Assembly (NCBI GenBank): GCA_002688505.1
Contig: CP024013.1
Span: 180,001-212,000, forward strand
Source: Candidatus Saccharimonadota bacterium
Lineage (GTDB): Bacteria; Pseudomonadota; Gammaproteobacteria; Enterobacterales; Enterobacteriaceae
Reading direction: 5' to 3'
DNA length: 32,000 bases
The notes under the pieces were generated by a model. It was not told the origin of the DNA. It made no database searches and saw only the letters and a program-made list of their open reading frames with translations. The translations under genes and the position numbers were made by a program. This document shows, one piece after another, positions 21,573 to 31,792 of this stretch; position 1 is the stretch's first letter; each line of letters begins with the position of its first letter.

Positions 21573-22301
21573 TTATTTAATATTATTATTATTAAATCAA
21601 TTTAATATATTTTTTCAAGTTTTTTTAGATATGTATTTATTATAAGATTTACGTTTTTTATCTAAAAATCCATGTTTACATTTATTATATATTATTAATT
21701 TAATTTTTTTGTTTGTTATAATATTTTTAAAATTGTATATTTCTTTTTTTGTTATTATTTCATCATTTTTTGCATATATACCTAATACTGGTATTTTAAT
21801 TTTATTTACGAAATCAATTGGATGTATAGGGTGTTTTTTATTTTTAATATTATTAATTCTTCCATATAAAACAATTGATTTATTTATTTTTTTATTATTT
21901 ATATAAGAATATAATCATGTTATTCTACCTCCTCAACTTAATCCTATCATTGATATATTATTAATTTTAAATTTTTTTTTAATTCAACTTATTAAATTAT
22001 CTAAATCATTTATTACTTTTTTATCTGATAATTCATTAATTTTTTTTCTTAAAATATTTATTTTTTCTTTAAATGTTATGTTTTTAATTCTAAAAAATAA
22101 TTGAGGAGATATACAAATAAAATTATTTTTAATTAATTTTTTACATATATATTTTATATGATTATTTAATCCAAATATTTCTGATATTACTAATATAATT
22201 TTTTTATTTTTTTTATTATTTTTATTATTATTATAATATATAATTGGTAATTTTTTTTTATCTTTAGTTTTAATTAAATATTTTTTAATTTGTATATTCA
22301 T
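21573..22301 (-). CDS. Dienelactone hydrolase-family alpha/beta hydrolase (YsgA-like)
   Basis: Track ORF 21984..22301 (..IILVISEIFGLNNHIKYICKKLIKNNFICISPQLF) continues through TGAs. The nucleophile elbow is MIGLSWGG. Later come PVLGIYAKNDEII and KHGF, then the C-terminus TWKNILNWF (cf. the family ...WxRTLxWF). TAA at 21573-21575. 242 aa. Confidence 0.8.
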
Positions 22302-22405
22302 TATTTTAATGTTTTATTTGATATATTTTATATTAATTAATATTATTTATATTTTAATATAAATTTTGTTTTAATTGAATATTTTATTTTATAAAAAATT
22401 TATTT

Positions 22406-24679
22406 TTATTTTATATTTATATCTATTAAAGCATTAAATTTTTTTTTTAAAATTTTTTTACATTTTATTACTATTTTATTTATTTCTTTTTCTTTTAAAG
22501 TTTTTTTATTATGTTGTATAGTTAAATTTAATGTTATATTTTTTTGATTTTTTTCATTTAATTTTTTATTTAAAAAAAAATTAATTAATTTTATTTTTTT
22601 AATATTATTTATTTTTTTACATTCATTTATTATTAGATTTATAGATATATTTTTATCTATTATTAATGTAATATCTCTTGTATTATGTGGATATTTAGAT
22701 AATTTTTTTATTTTATATTTTAATGGATATAAAATTTTATTTAAATTTATTTCAGCTATAAATATAGGATATTTGATAATTTTTTTTTTTTTTAGTTTAT
22801 TATTAATCATACCAAGAAATCCTATTTTTTTATTTTTAATAAAAATATTAGTATTTTGTAATTTATCTAAAAATTTATATTTACTTTTTTTTAAATAAAA
22901 ATGTTTAATTTTATTTTGTTTTTTTAAAAGTAATTCTATATCTCCTTTAATATCATAAAAATTAAAGATTTTATTTTTTTTATTTATTCAATTTTTTTCA
23001 TATTTTATTCCATATATTATTAGTGATATTTTTTTTTTTAATATAAATTTTTTATTTATAATTTTATAACAAGTACCTATTTCAAATAATTTTATATTAT
23101 CGTTTTTTCTTTTTATATTATATATAACATTATTTATTAATTCTGGTATTAAAGATGATCTTAATATTGACATTTTATTAGATATTGGATTTAATATTTT
23201 AATATTTTTGGTATTTTTATTAAATTTTTTTTCTTTTAGTTTATTACTAAAATGAAAATTTATTATTTCTGTGTATCCAATATTAGATAAAAATTGTTTA
23301 ATATTATTTATATTTTTTGAATATTGACTATTATTTATAATTTTAAATGTTGTTTTTAATTTTTTACTTTTTATATTTTTAAATTTATAAAATTTTATTA
23401 TTTCTTCTATAAAATCTTCTTTGATATTTAAATCATATCTTGTATTATGAGGTTTAATAAATATAATTTTTTTTTTAAATTGTATTTTACAATTAATTTT
23501 TTTTAATATGTTTAAAATTATATTTTTTTTTATGTATATTCCTATTTTTTTTTTTATTTCTGAATATTTTATTTTAATAATTTTTTCTTGTTTTATTATA
23601 TTATTTATATTTTTAAATAGAATTATGTTTCCATTTCAAATATTTTTTATTATAAATAATAGTTTTTTTATAGAATCAAATTGTATTTCATTATTTAAAT
23701 TATTATTATATGTAAGTAATATATTATAATTATTTTTATTATAATTATTATATATAAAATTTTTTTTAAATAATAATGATATTATTATAATTTTTTTTGT
23801 TTTTTTATTTGGTAAAAATTTTTTATTATATTTATTAAAATTTTTTAAAATTATTTCTTTATTTGTTTTTAATATTATATTTTTATTTGTTTTATTAGAA
23901 TTATAGTTAATTTGTATATATAATTTATAATTTTTAATTTTATTAAAATCTAAACATATAATTATATGACCAAATTCAATTGATATAAAATTTATTATAT
24001 CTAGTATATTATTATTGATTGTAAATCCCATATTTTCTACTTTATTTTTAATAAAGTAAGGTATACTATTTTTTTTTATATTTAAATTATTTATAATTAA
24101 ATATTTATAATTTTTTATATATTTAAAACATTTATTTAAAAATTTTATTTTTAAATTAAAAAAATATTTATTTTTAATTTTTATTTTTATTTTTTTTTTT
24201 TTAATTTTTTTATTATTTAAAATACATATTTCTTTTGAAATATTATATATATTATTACAATCAATTCTATTATATGGAATATTTATCTCTAAAAATTTTT
24301 CTTTTTTATTATTTAATGATATATATTTTTTAATTATTAAATAATATTTATTGTTTATATTTTGTTTTTTAATAAAAAATATATTATTTTTATATATTTT
24401 ATTTTTATATATATTTTTATTTATTCATATATATTTATTATTTATATTTTTTTTATATTTTATTTTTAAATTTATTATTAGATTATTTAATATAATTTTT
24501 ATTAAAGATATATTATTTTTTATTTTTTTATATTTTATAATTTTAGTTTTTATAAAGTTTTGTGGTATAAATTTTATTTTTGTTTCAAAACCATTATTAT
24601 TTAACTTTTTTTTTATATTTTTAATGTTTAATTCTTTTTTTTTTATGTATTTTTTTATTCATTGTAAGTAAAATTTCAT
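22406..24679 (-). CDS. pheT: Phenylalanyl-tRNA synthetase beta subunit
   Basis: ATG at 24679. MKFYLQWIKKYI parallels MKFSELWLREWV; the W is the TGA at 24659-24661. Track ORFs 23636..24031, 22988..23173 and 22406..22810 are all in this frame. I scanned the gaps codon by codon and found only TGA, never TAA or TAG. NFYDIKGDIELLL parallels DFYDLKGDLESVL. A C-terminal FDX-ACB-like domain is present (KYPHNTRDITLII...). 757 aa. Confidence 0.93.
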
Positions 24680-24683
24680 ATTT

Positions 24684-25658
24684 TTAAAATTGATTTAATC
24701 ATTCTATATTATTTTTATATAATTTTTTAATATTATTAATTTTATATTTTACCATTGTTAATCTTTCTATACCAATTCCAAAGGCTAGTCCTGAAAATAT
24801 ATTATAGTTAATATTAACATTTTTTAAAATTTTGGGGTGTATTAAACCACATCCTATTATTTCAATTCAATTATTTTTATAATTTTTTATATATATTTCT
24901 GCGGATGGTTCAGTAAATGGAAAATAAGATGTTATTATTTTGATTTTAATTTTTTTATCAAAAAATATATTTAAAAAATTTTTTATTATATAGAGTAAAT
25001 TACTAAAATTTATATTATAATCAACTAAAAATATTTCTATTTGATGGAACATTGGAGTATGAGTTTTATCAAAATCTTTTCTAAAAACATTACCTATAGA
25101 TATAATTTTTATAGGAGGTTTTTTATTTTTCATATATTTTGTTTGTATACATGATGTTTGAGTAATTAATAATTTTTTTCTATTAATTCAAAATGTATCT
25201 TTTTTAGATCTAGTAGGATGATTTTTACTAATATTTAGTGAATCAAAATTATAATATATATTTTCTATTTCATAATTATATATTGTTTTAAATCCTAATT
25301 CATTAAAAAATTTTTCTATTCAATTAATTGTTATTGTTATAGGATGTAAATTTCCATATATAATATTTTTATTTCCGGGTAATGATATATCTATAAATTT
25401 AATTTTTTTTTTTATTTTTTTTTTAATATATAATTTTTGTTTATTTATTAAATGTATAGTTTTTTTTTTTAATTTATTAATTTTTTTTCCTATTTTAGGT
25501 TTTATATCATAAGGTATATTTTTAAATAATTTCATAATTATATTAAAATATCCTTTTTTTCCAAAGTATTTTATATATATTTTATGTATTTTTTTATATT
25601 TTTTTATATATTTAATATTTTTATTTTTTTTTTTTATTTTTTTTATTAAATTTAACAT
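24684..25658 (-). CDS. pheS: Phenylalanyl-tRNA synthetase alpha subunit
   Basis: Track ORFs 25320..25658 and 24867..25133 share one frame and are joined via TGA. Motifs are [38 protein letters not shown] and [28 protein letters not shown]. The C-terminus is [18 protein letters not shown]...[20 protein letters not shown] at 24684-24686, 4 nt before the pheT start. 324 aa. Confidence 0.95.
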
Positions 25659-25668
25659 TTAAATTATA

Positions 25669-26016
25669 TTATTTTTTAATAATAGATATTAGTTTATTAA
25701 ATATTTTAGGATGATAATTTATAATATTTGATAATATTTTTCTATTTATATTAATTGATTTTTTTTTTAATTTATTTATAAATATGTTATATGTAATTCC
25801 ATATTCTCTAACTTTTGCATTTATTTGTATTATTCATATTTTTCTAAAGTAACTTTTTTTTTTTTTTCTATCTCTATAAGAATATTGTCCAGATTTAATA
25901 AAGGCTTGATTAGCACATTTAAAACATCTTGATCTTGCTCCATAATATCCTTTACATAATTTTAATATTTTTTTATGGTACTTATTATTATTTTTACCTT
26001 TTTTAACTCTTACCAT
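25669..26016 (-). CDS. rplT: 50S ribosomal protein L20
   Basis: [30 protein letters not shown]...[18 protein letters not shown] reads through the TGA at 25834-25836 to [36 protein letters not shown] at 25669-25671. 115 aa. Confidence 0.95.
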
Positions 26017-26032
26017 TTTTTTTCCTTAAATT

Positions 26033-26224
26033 TTATATGTATGGTATAAATTTTTTAATTTGTTTATTTTTTTTAAGAATAGATTTTTTTTTTAATTTTC
26101 TTTTATAATTTCTATTTTTTTTTGTTAATATATGATTTAAATTTGAATGTTTAAATTTTATTTTTCCTAGTGAAGTTTTTTTAATTCTTTTTTTGATTGA
26201 TTTAGTAGTTTTAATTTTTATCAT
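26033..26224 (-). CDS. rpmI: 50S ribosomal protein L35
   Basis: The 63-aa ORF MIKIKTTKSIKKRIKKTSLGKIKFKHSNLNHILTKK parallels E. coli [36 protein letters not shown]. It lies between infC and rplT, which is the conserved order. Confidence 0.93.
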   Translation of the reverse strand: MIKIKTTKSIKKRIKKTSLGKIKFKHSNLNHILTKKNRNYKRKLKKKSILKKNKQIKKFIPYI

Positions 26225-26234
26225 ATATTTAATA

Positions 26235-26768
26235 TTATTTATTAGGTTTAAATATCATTATCATTTGATTATTTTCTATTTTATTATTTAAAAAATCTAA
26301 TTTAGATATTTTATTTAATTTTTTTTTTATATTATTTAACATTTTTATTGCTATATTTTTATGTATTACTTCTCTACCTTTAAATCTTATTATAATTTTA
26401 ATTTTATAGTGTTTATTAATTAAATTTTTTATTTTTTTAATTTTTGTATTATAATCATTTTTATTAGTATTTGGTCTAAATTTAATTTCTTTAATTATAA
26501 AGTTTTTATTTTTGTTTTTTTTTATTTTTTTATTTTGTCTATATATAAATTTATTATAATTTAATATTTTACATATAGGTGGATTAGTTTTAGAATTAAT
26601 TTCTACTAGATCCATATTAAGTTTTTTAGCTATGTATAATGCTTTTTTAGTTTTTATAATTTTATTTTTTATTATATTATCTCCTGTTATTCTTATAATT
26701 TTAGATTTAATATTATCATTTATATTAAATATAGATTTTTGAGTATTTTTTTTATTAATTTTAATAAT
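26235..26768 (-). CDS. infC: Translation initiation factor IF-3 (inferred non-AUG, probably AUU, start)
   Basis: Track ORF 26235..26615 begins at an internal Met (MDLVEI, cf. GVDLVEI). The conserved N-terminal domain ..FNINDNIKSKIIRITGDNII..TKKALYIAKKLN is encoded upstream in the same frame. That frame is open back to a TAA at 26811-26813 and contains no ATG, GTG or TTG. ATT codons at 26768-26766 and 26765-26763 follow an AAGGA (complement of 26773-26777). Starting at 26768 gives 177 aa, versus 180 in E. coli, which is known to use AUU. Confidence 0.85.
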   Translation of the reverse strand: MIKINKKNTQKSIFNINDNIKSKIIRITGDNIIKNKIIKTKKALYIAKKLNMDLVEINSKTNPPICKILNYNKFIYRQNKKIKKNKNKNFIIKEIKFRPNTNKNDYNTKIKKIKNLINKHYKIKIIIRFKGREVIHKNIAIKMLNNIKKKLNKISKLDFLNNKIENNQMIMIFKPNK

Positions 26769-27981
26769 TTTTTCCTTTAAATATTTTTTTAGTTTTATTT
26801 TTAATTTTTTTTATAATATATTTTAAATATTTTTGTTTATTTGTATTTTTTATTGTATTTCTTATATTAATTTTTTTAAAATTTATTTCTTGATCACCAC
26901 ATATTATTATATAAGGAATTTTTTGTAAAGTATATTTACGTATTTTAAAATTTATTTTTTTACTTTTTATATCTATTAAGCATCTTATATAATTATATTT
27001 ATTTAATATTTTAAAAATTTTTTTACAATAATTTATATGTTTTTTTGAAATATTTAATATTACAATTTGTATTGGAGTTAACCATATAGGTAATCAACCT
27101 TTATTATTTTCTATTAATATACCTATAAATCTTTCTAAAGATCCTAATATTGCTCTATGTATTATAATGGGATTTTTTTTAGTATTATTTTTATCTATAA
27201 AATAAACTTTTAATTTTTTTGATAAATTAAAATCTATTTGTATTGTTCCACATTGTCATTTTTTATTATTTTTATCTTTTATTAAAAATTCTATTTTTGG
27301 TCCATAAAAAGCTCCTTCTTTTTTATTAATTTTAAAATTTATATTTTTTTTTTTTAAAATATTTATTAATTTTTTTTCTATTTTATTTCATTTACTTTTT
27401 TTACCTAAATATTTTTTTGGTCTAGTAGAAATATATATATATATTTCTTTTATTTTAAATATTTTATATATTTTTTTGATTATAATTATACATTTAATAA
27501 TTTCTTTTTTAATTTGTTTTTTTGTACAAAAAATATGTGCGTCATCTTGAATAAATGATTTAGTTCTCATTAAACCATATAATGAACCTGAAGGTTCATT
27601 TCTATGACAAATACCAAATTCTGAAATTTTTATAGGTAATTTTTTATATGATTTAATATTATTTTTAAATATTTCTATATGTCCTAAACAATTCATAGGT
27701 TTTAAACATAATTTAATATTTTTATTTATATTAAAAATATATTTTTTATAATTTTTTCAATGTCCACTATTTTTTCATGTTTTTTTAGGTATTAAATATG
27801 CTGTTTTTACTTCTTTATATTTATATTTTTTAATTTTTTCTCTTATTAATTTTTTAATTATATTAATTATTATTAATCCATTATTTTTTCAATAAATAAT
27901 TCCTGGATTATTTTTTTGAATATAAAATATTTTTATATGTTTATTAATTATTCTATGATCATTTTTATTAAGTTTATTCAT
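26761..27981 (-). CDS. thrS: Threonyl-tRNA synthetase, catalytic core plus anticodon-binding domain only (no TGS or editing domains)
   Basis: ATG at 27981. [36 protein letters not shown] aligns to E. coli ThrRS from about residue 236 (..[30 protein letters not shown]). Later motifs are [61 protein letters not shown] and [12 protein letters not shown]. It is in frame with track ORF 27388..27696. TAA at 26761-26763. 406 aa, versus 642. An in-frame TAA at 28009-28011 limits any N-terminal extension to 9 codons. Confidence 0.93.
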
Positions 27982-28079
27982 TTTATTATATATATAATTT
28001 ATTTTATTTTAGGTAATGAATATATTTAAATATATTTATAGTATTATATATAATAAAATAATAATTTTAAATATTAAAT

Positions 28080-28610
28080 ATGTCTTTTAATAATCATTTA
28101 ATCTTTTCTTTATTTTGTTGTATAATTTTTATTAAGTTTTTTTGTTTAAATTATAAAATTAATTTATTTAATTTAGTTATATTTAGTTTATTTTCTAGTT
28201 TATTACCTGATATAGATCATATTAATTCTTTTATAGGTAATAAAATTAAATTTATTTCATATTTTATATATAAATATTTTGGTCATAGAAAAATTACACA
28301 TAGTTTTATTTTTATATTTTTTATATATATTATTTTTAATTTTATATTTTTATATTTATTTAAGATTGATATTAGTACTAAATATGGTTTTTTTATAGGT
28401 TACTTTAGTCATATTTTAGCTGATATGTTAAGTATTAAAGGTGTAAATGTTTTTTGACCTTTTAAAATTTATTTAAAATTTCCTTATTTTTATATTAGTA
28501 ATAAAAAATTAGAATATTTAATTTGTTTATATTTATTATTTTTTTCTATTTTTTTTGAAAATTTAATTTGTATATTAAAAAATTTATTTAAGTATATATA
28601 TTTAATTTAA
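28080..28610 (+). CDS. ydjM: YdjM-family (DUF457) membrane-bound metal-dependent hydrolase
   Basis: HLIFSLFCCIIF...LLPDIDHINSFIGNKIKFIS...FGHRKITHSFIF...GYFSHILADMLSIKGVNVFWP parallels E. coli YdjM (GHLLFSIACAVF...LLPDIDHPKSFLGQRLKWIS...FGHRGFTHSLL...GYLSHILADMLTPAGVPLLWP). It reads through the TGA at 28455-28457 to TAA at 28608-28610. 176 aa. Confidence 0.9.
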
Positions 28611-28611
28611 A

Positions 28612-31600
28612 ATGTTTATATTATATCAATCTAATGATTTTAAGATATTAAAACATATGTTTTTATATGTTTTAAAAAAAGAAAAATTTAATACTTATTA
28701 TGATAATACTATTTTAGTATCTAATAGTAATGTTACATTAAAATTAAAAATGTTTTTTAGTAAATATTTAGATATATTTGCAAATTATAAATTTTTATTA
28801 ACTGCTAAATTTATATGAAAGTTATGTAAATTATTTTTTAATAATATATCGGATATTAATTATTTTAGTAAAATAAATTTATTTTTTGTAATATTAAATA
28901 TATTACCTAAATTAATTAATAATAGTAATTTTTTAAAATTAAATAGGTATTTAAAGAATGATTTAAATTATAATAAATTATTTAATTTATGTTATAAAAT
29001 ATCAGATTTATATGATAAATATTTAGTTTATAGACCAAATTTATTAATTAATTGAGAAAATTCTATATTAGATAGTAATATTAATGATGATAATCAAATA
29101 TGACAATCTATTTTATGAAAAAAAATTTTAAATTTTTATTTTAAAAATTTTAATTGTAAATTATATAGATCTAAGGTTTTATTTAATTTTTTAAATATTC
29201 TAAAAAATAAAAATAATTTATTTAAAAATTCTTATAATAATATTTATATTTTTAATGTATATAATTTACCTCCATTATATTTAGATATAATTTATTTTAT
29301 ATCTAGACATATAAATATTCATTATTTTTTGATTAACCCATCAAAAAAATATTGATATGATATTAATAATTTTTTTAATATTAATAATAATATATTAAAA
29401 AGTAATTATAATTTATATAATTCAAATTTAATAATATTATATTATGCGAAAATTTTTGCAGAATATTTGTATATAATTTTAAATTATAAATATGTACATG
29501 AAATTAAATATTTTAATAAAAATTTTGAAAAAAATATATTAGGTTATGTAAAAAAAAATATATTATATTTTTATAATTATAAATTTAATTTTTTAAATAA
29601 ATTAAATTTTATTGATGATTCTATAATAATAAAGTCTTGTTATGGTTATTTAGATGAAGTTTATAAATTAAAAAAATTTTTATTAAAATTAATTTTTAAA
29701 TATAATTATAAATATAATGAAATTATTGTAGTTATTACAGATATTAAAAAATATTTATTTTATATTAATTTAGTTTTTTCAAGTTATAAATATAATAAAA
29801 TTTTACCATATTTAATTTTAGATAAATTTTATGATTATGATAATAATTATAATTTTTTAAAAAGTATTTTAAATATAAAAGATATTGATTTAAATTCATA
29901 TAAATTTTTAAATTTATTAAAAAATAATATTATATTAGAAAAATTTGATATTGATAATAATGAATTAAATTTTATTATAGATTTAATTAAGAAAATTAAT
30001 TTTTTTAATGATATAAATAATTTTGATTTTGATAAAAAAATTTTAAATAAAATTAATTATAAAGATTTTATTGAAAATATTAAAAGTTTATTGTTAGGTT
30101 ATGCAATAAATAAAAAATATTGTATATGAAATAATATTTATAGTTATAATTTATTAGATAGTAATTTTATACATAATATTATAGGTAAATTTTCTGATTT
30201 TGTTTTTAAAATATTATATTGAAAAAATAAGTTTAGAAAAGAGTATTTTTTAAATAAATGAATAATTTTATATTTTAATTTAATAGAAGATTTTTTTTCT
30301 GAAAATTTAATTAAAAATTGTTATTTCTTAAATAAAAATTATTTGAATATATTATTAGATGATTATAAAATTATTAATTTTAATAAAAAAATTAATAGTT
30401 CTATTTTTATTAAAATAATATTAATTTTATTAAAAAAAAAAAGAAAAAATATTCAATTTTCTATTAATCATATAAATATTAGTTCAATTTCTTATTTAAG
30501 ATCATTACCTTTTAAAATAATTTGTATATTAGGTTTAAATTTAAATATTTATCCTAAAAATATATTAAATTATAATTTTGATTTAATGTATTTATATCCT
30601 AAATTTGGTGATAGAAATAAAATAGAAAATGATAAATATTTATTTTTGGAAAATTGTATATTAGCACAAGATAAAATATATATGAGTTATATAAGTTTAT
30701 CATTGAATAATAATAAAAAATATTTTCCATCTATTCTATTAGATAATTTATTAAATTATATAAATATTAATATATTTAATTTATCAAAAATTAGTATTAA
30801 AAATTTATATTTTAATGTTAAGAATAAAAAAAAATTAAATAATAATAAACAAAATTTATTATATAATAATTTTTATATATTAAATAAAACTAAAAATAAT
30901 ATTTTATTAAAAGATTTTTGTAAATTTTGATTTGATCCTATAAAATTTTTTTTTAATATTTCATTAAAAATTTTTTTTTATGAAGATTTAAATTATAATT
31001 TAAATAATTTAAATTATAATATAAAAGATTTTTATATATTTAAGAATAAAATTGTTAATGATTTATTAATTGGTAATAAATTTAATAAAAATTTTTATTT
31101 ATATTTACAAAAATTTAATTTAATTCCTTTAGGAAATTTTGGAAAAATTTTATGAAAAAAAGAAATGTTTAATATTATTAAATTATTTAATTATATTAAT
31201 AATATATCTTTTAGTTATAAAGAATATAAATTTTCAATTATTATAAAAAATATTTTTTTAAATGGTACTTTAAGTATAAATAATGATTTTAATCATTTTA
31301 AATATTTACCTAAAAATTTAAATTTAATAGATGGTTTATTATTTTGAATAGATCATTTAATATATTGTTGTTTAGGATTTTATAAAAAAAGTATTTTATA
31401 TGGATATAATAATATATTTATATTTAATAAATTAAATATATATTTATCTAAAGATTTGTTATATTATTATATAAATGGTTTTTTATATGGTATTAAAAAT
31501 CCATTATTATTTTTTCCAAAATTAAGTGATTTAATATTTAAAAATATTTATAATTTTAAAGAAAAAAAATTATTTAATAATTATAAAATAATTAAATCTT

Positions 31601-31785
31601 TATTTTTTAAAATAAAATATTTAATAAAAAATAAAAATAATAATTATGTTTTTTATGGTTTAAATAATGTTTATATTAATTATTTAATTAAAAATAATTA
31701 TATTATTGATATTAATTTAATTATTAGTAATTCTAAAAAATGATTATTACCTATGTTAAAATATATGAAAATTAAAAAGTATTAG
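28612..31785 (+). CDS. recC: Exodeoxyribonuclease V gamma subunit (RecC)
   Basis: ATG at 28612, 1 nt after the ydjM stop. MFILYQSNDFKIL...ILVSNSNVTLKLKMFFSKYLDIFANYKFLLTAKFIW parallels E. coli RecC MLRVYHSNRLDVL...ILVQSTGMAQWLQMTLSQKFGIAANIDFPLPASFIW. Later come SDLYDKYLVYRPNLLINWE and LPPLYLDIIYFISRHINIHYFLINPSKKYW. Track ORFs at 29467, 30343, 31165 and 31456 are all in this frame. I scanned 28816-29467 codon by codon and found only TGA breaks. TAG at 31783-31785. 1057 aa. Confidence 0.9.
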
Positions 31786-31792
31786 TATATTA

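Noticed and set aside
26613-26615. ATG 26615 as the infC start codon (track ORF 26235..26615).
   Set aside because: It would delete the conserved IF3 N-terminal domain, which is clearly encoded in frame immediately upstream. This Met aligns to an internal position (GVDLVEI).
394-31743. Most genes appear in the ORF track as two to six short fragments (for example lepA, ligA, glnS, pheT, thrS and recC). This looks like massive pseudogenisation.
   Set aside because: Every fragment of a given gene is in the same frame. The only interrupting codon is TGA, and it falls on conserved Trp positions. The gaps I scanned codon by codon contained no TAA or TAG (pheT 22811-22987, 23174-23635 and 24032-24676; recC 28816-29467; cls 6182-6700). 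These are intact genes read with UGA=Trp.
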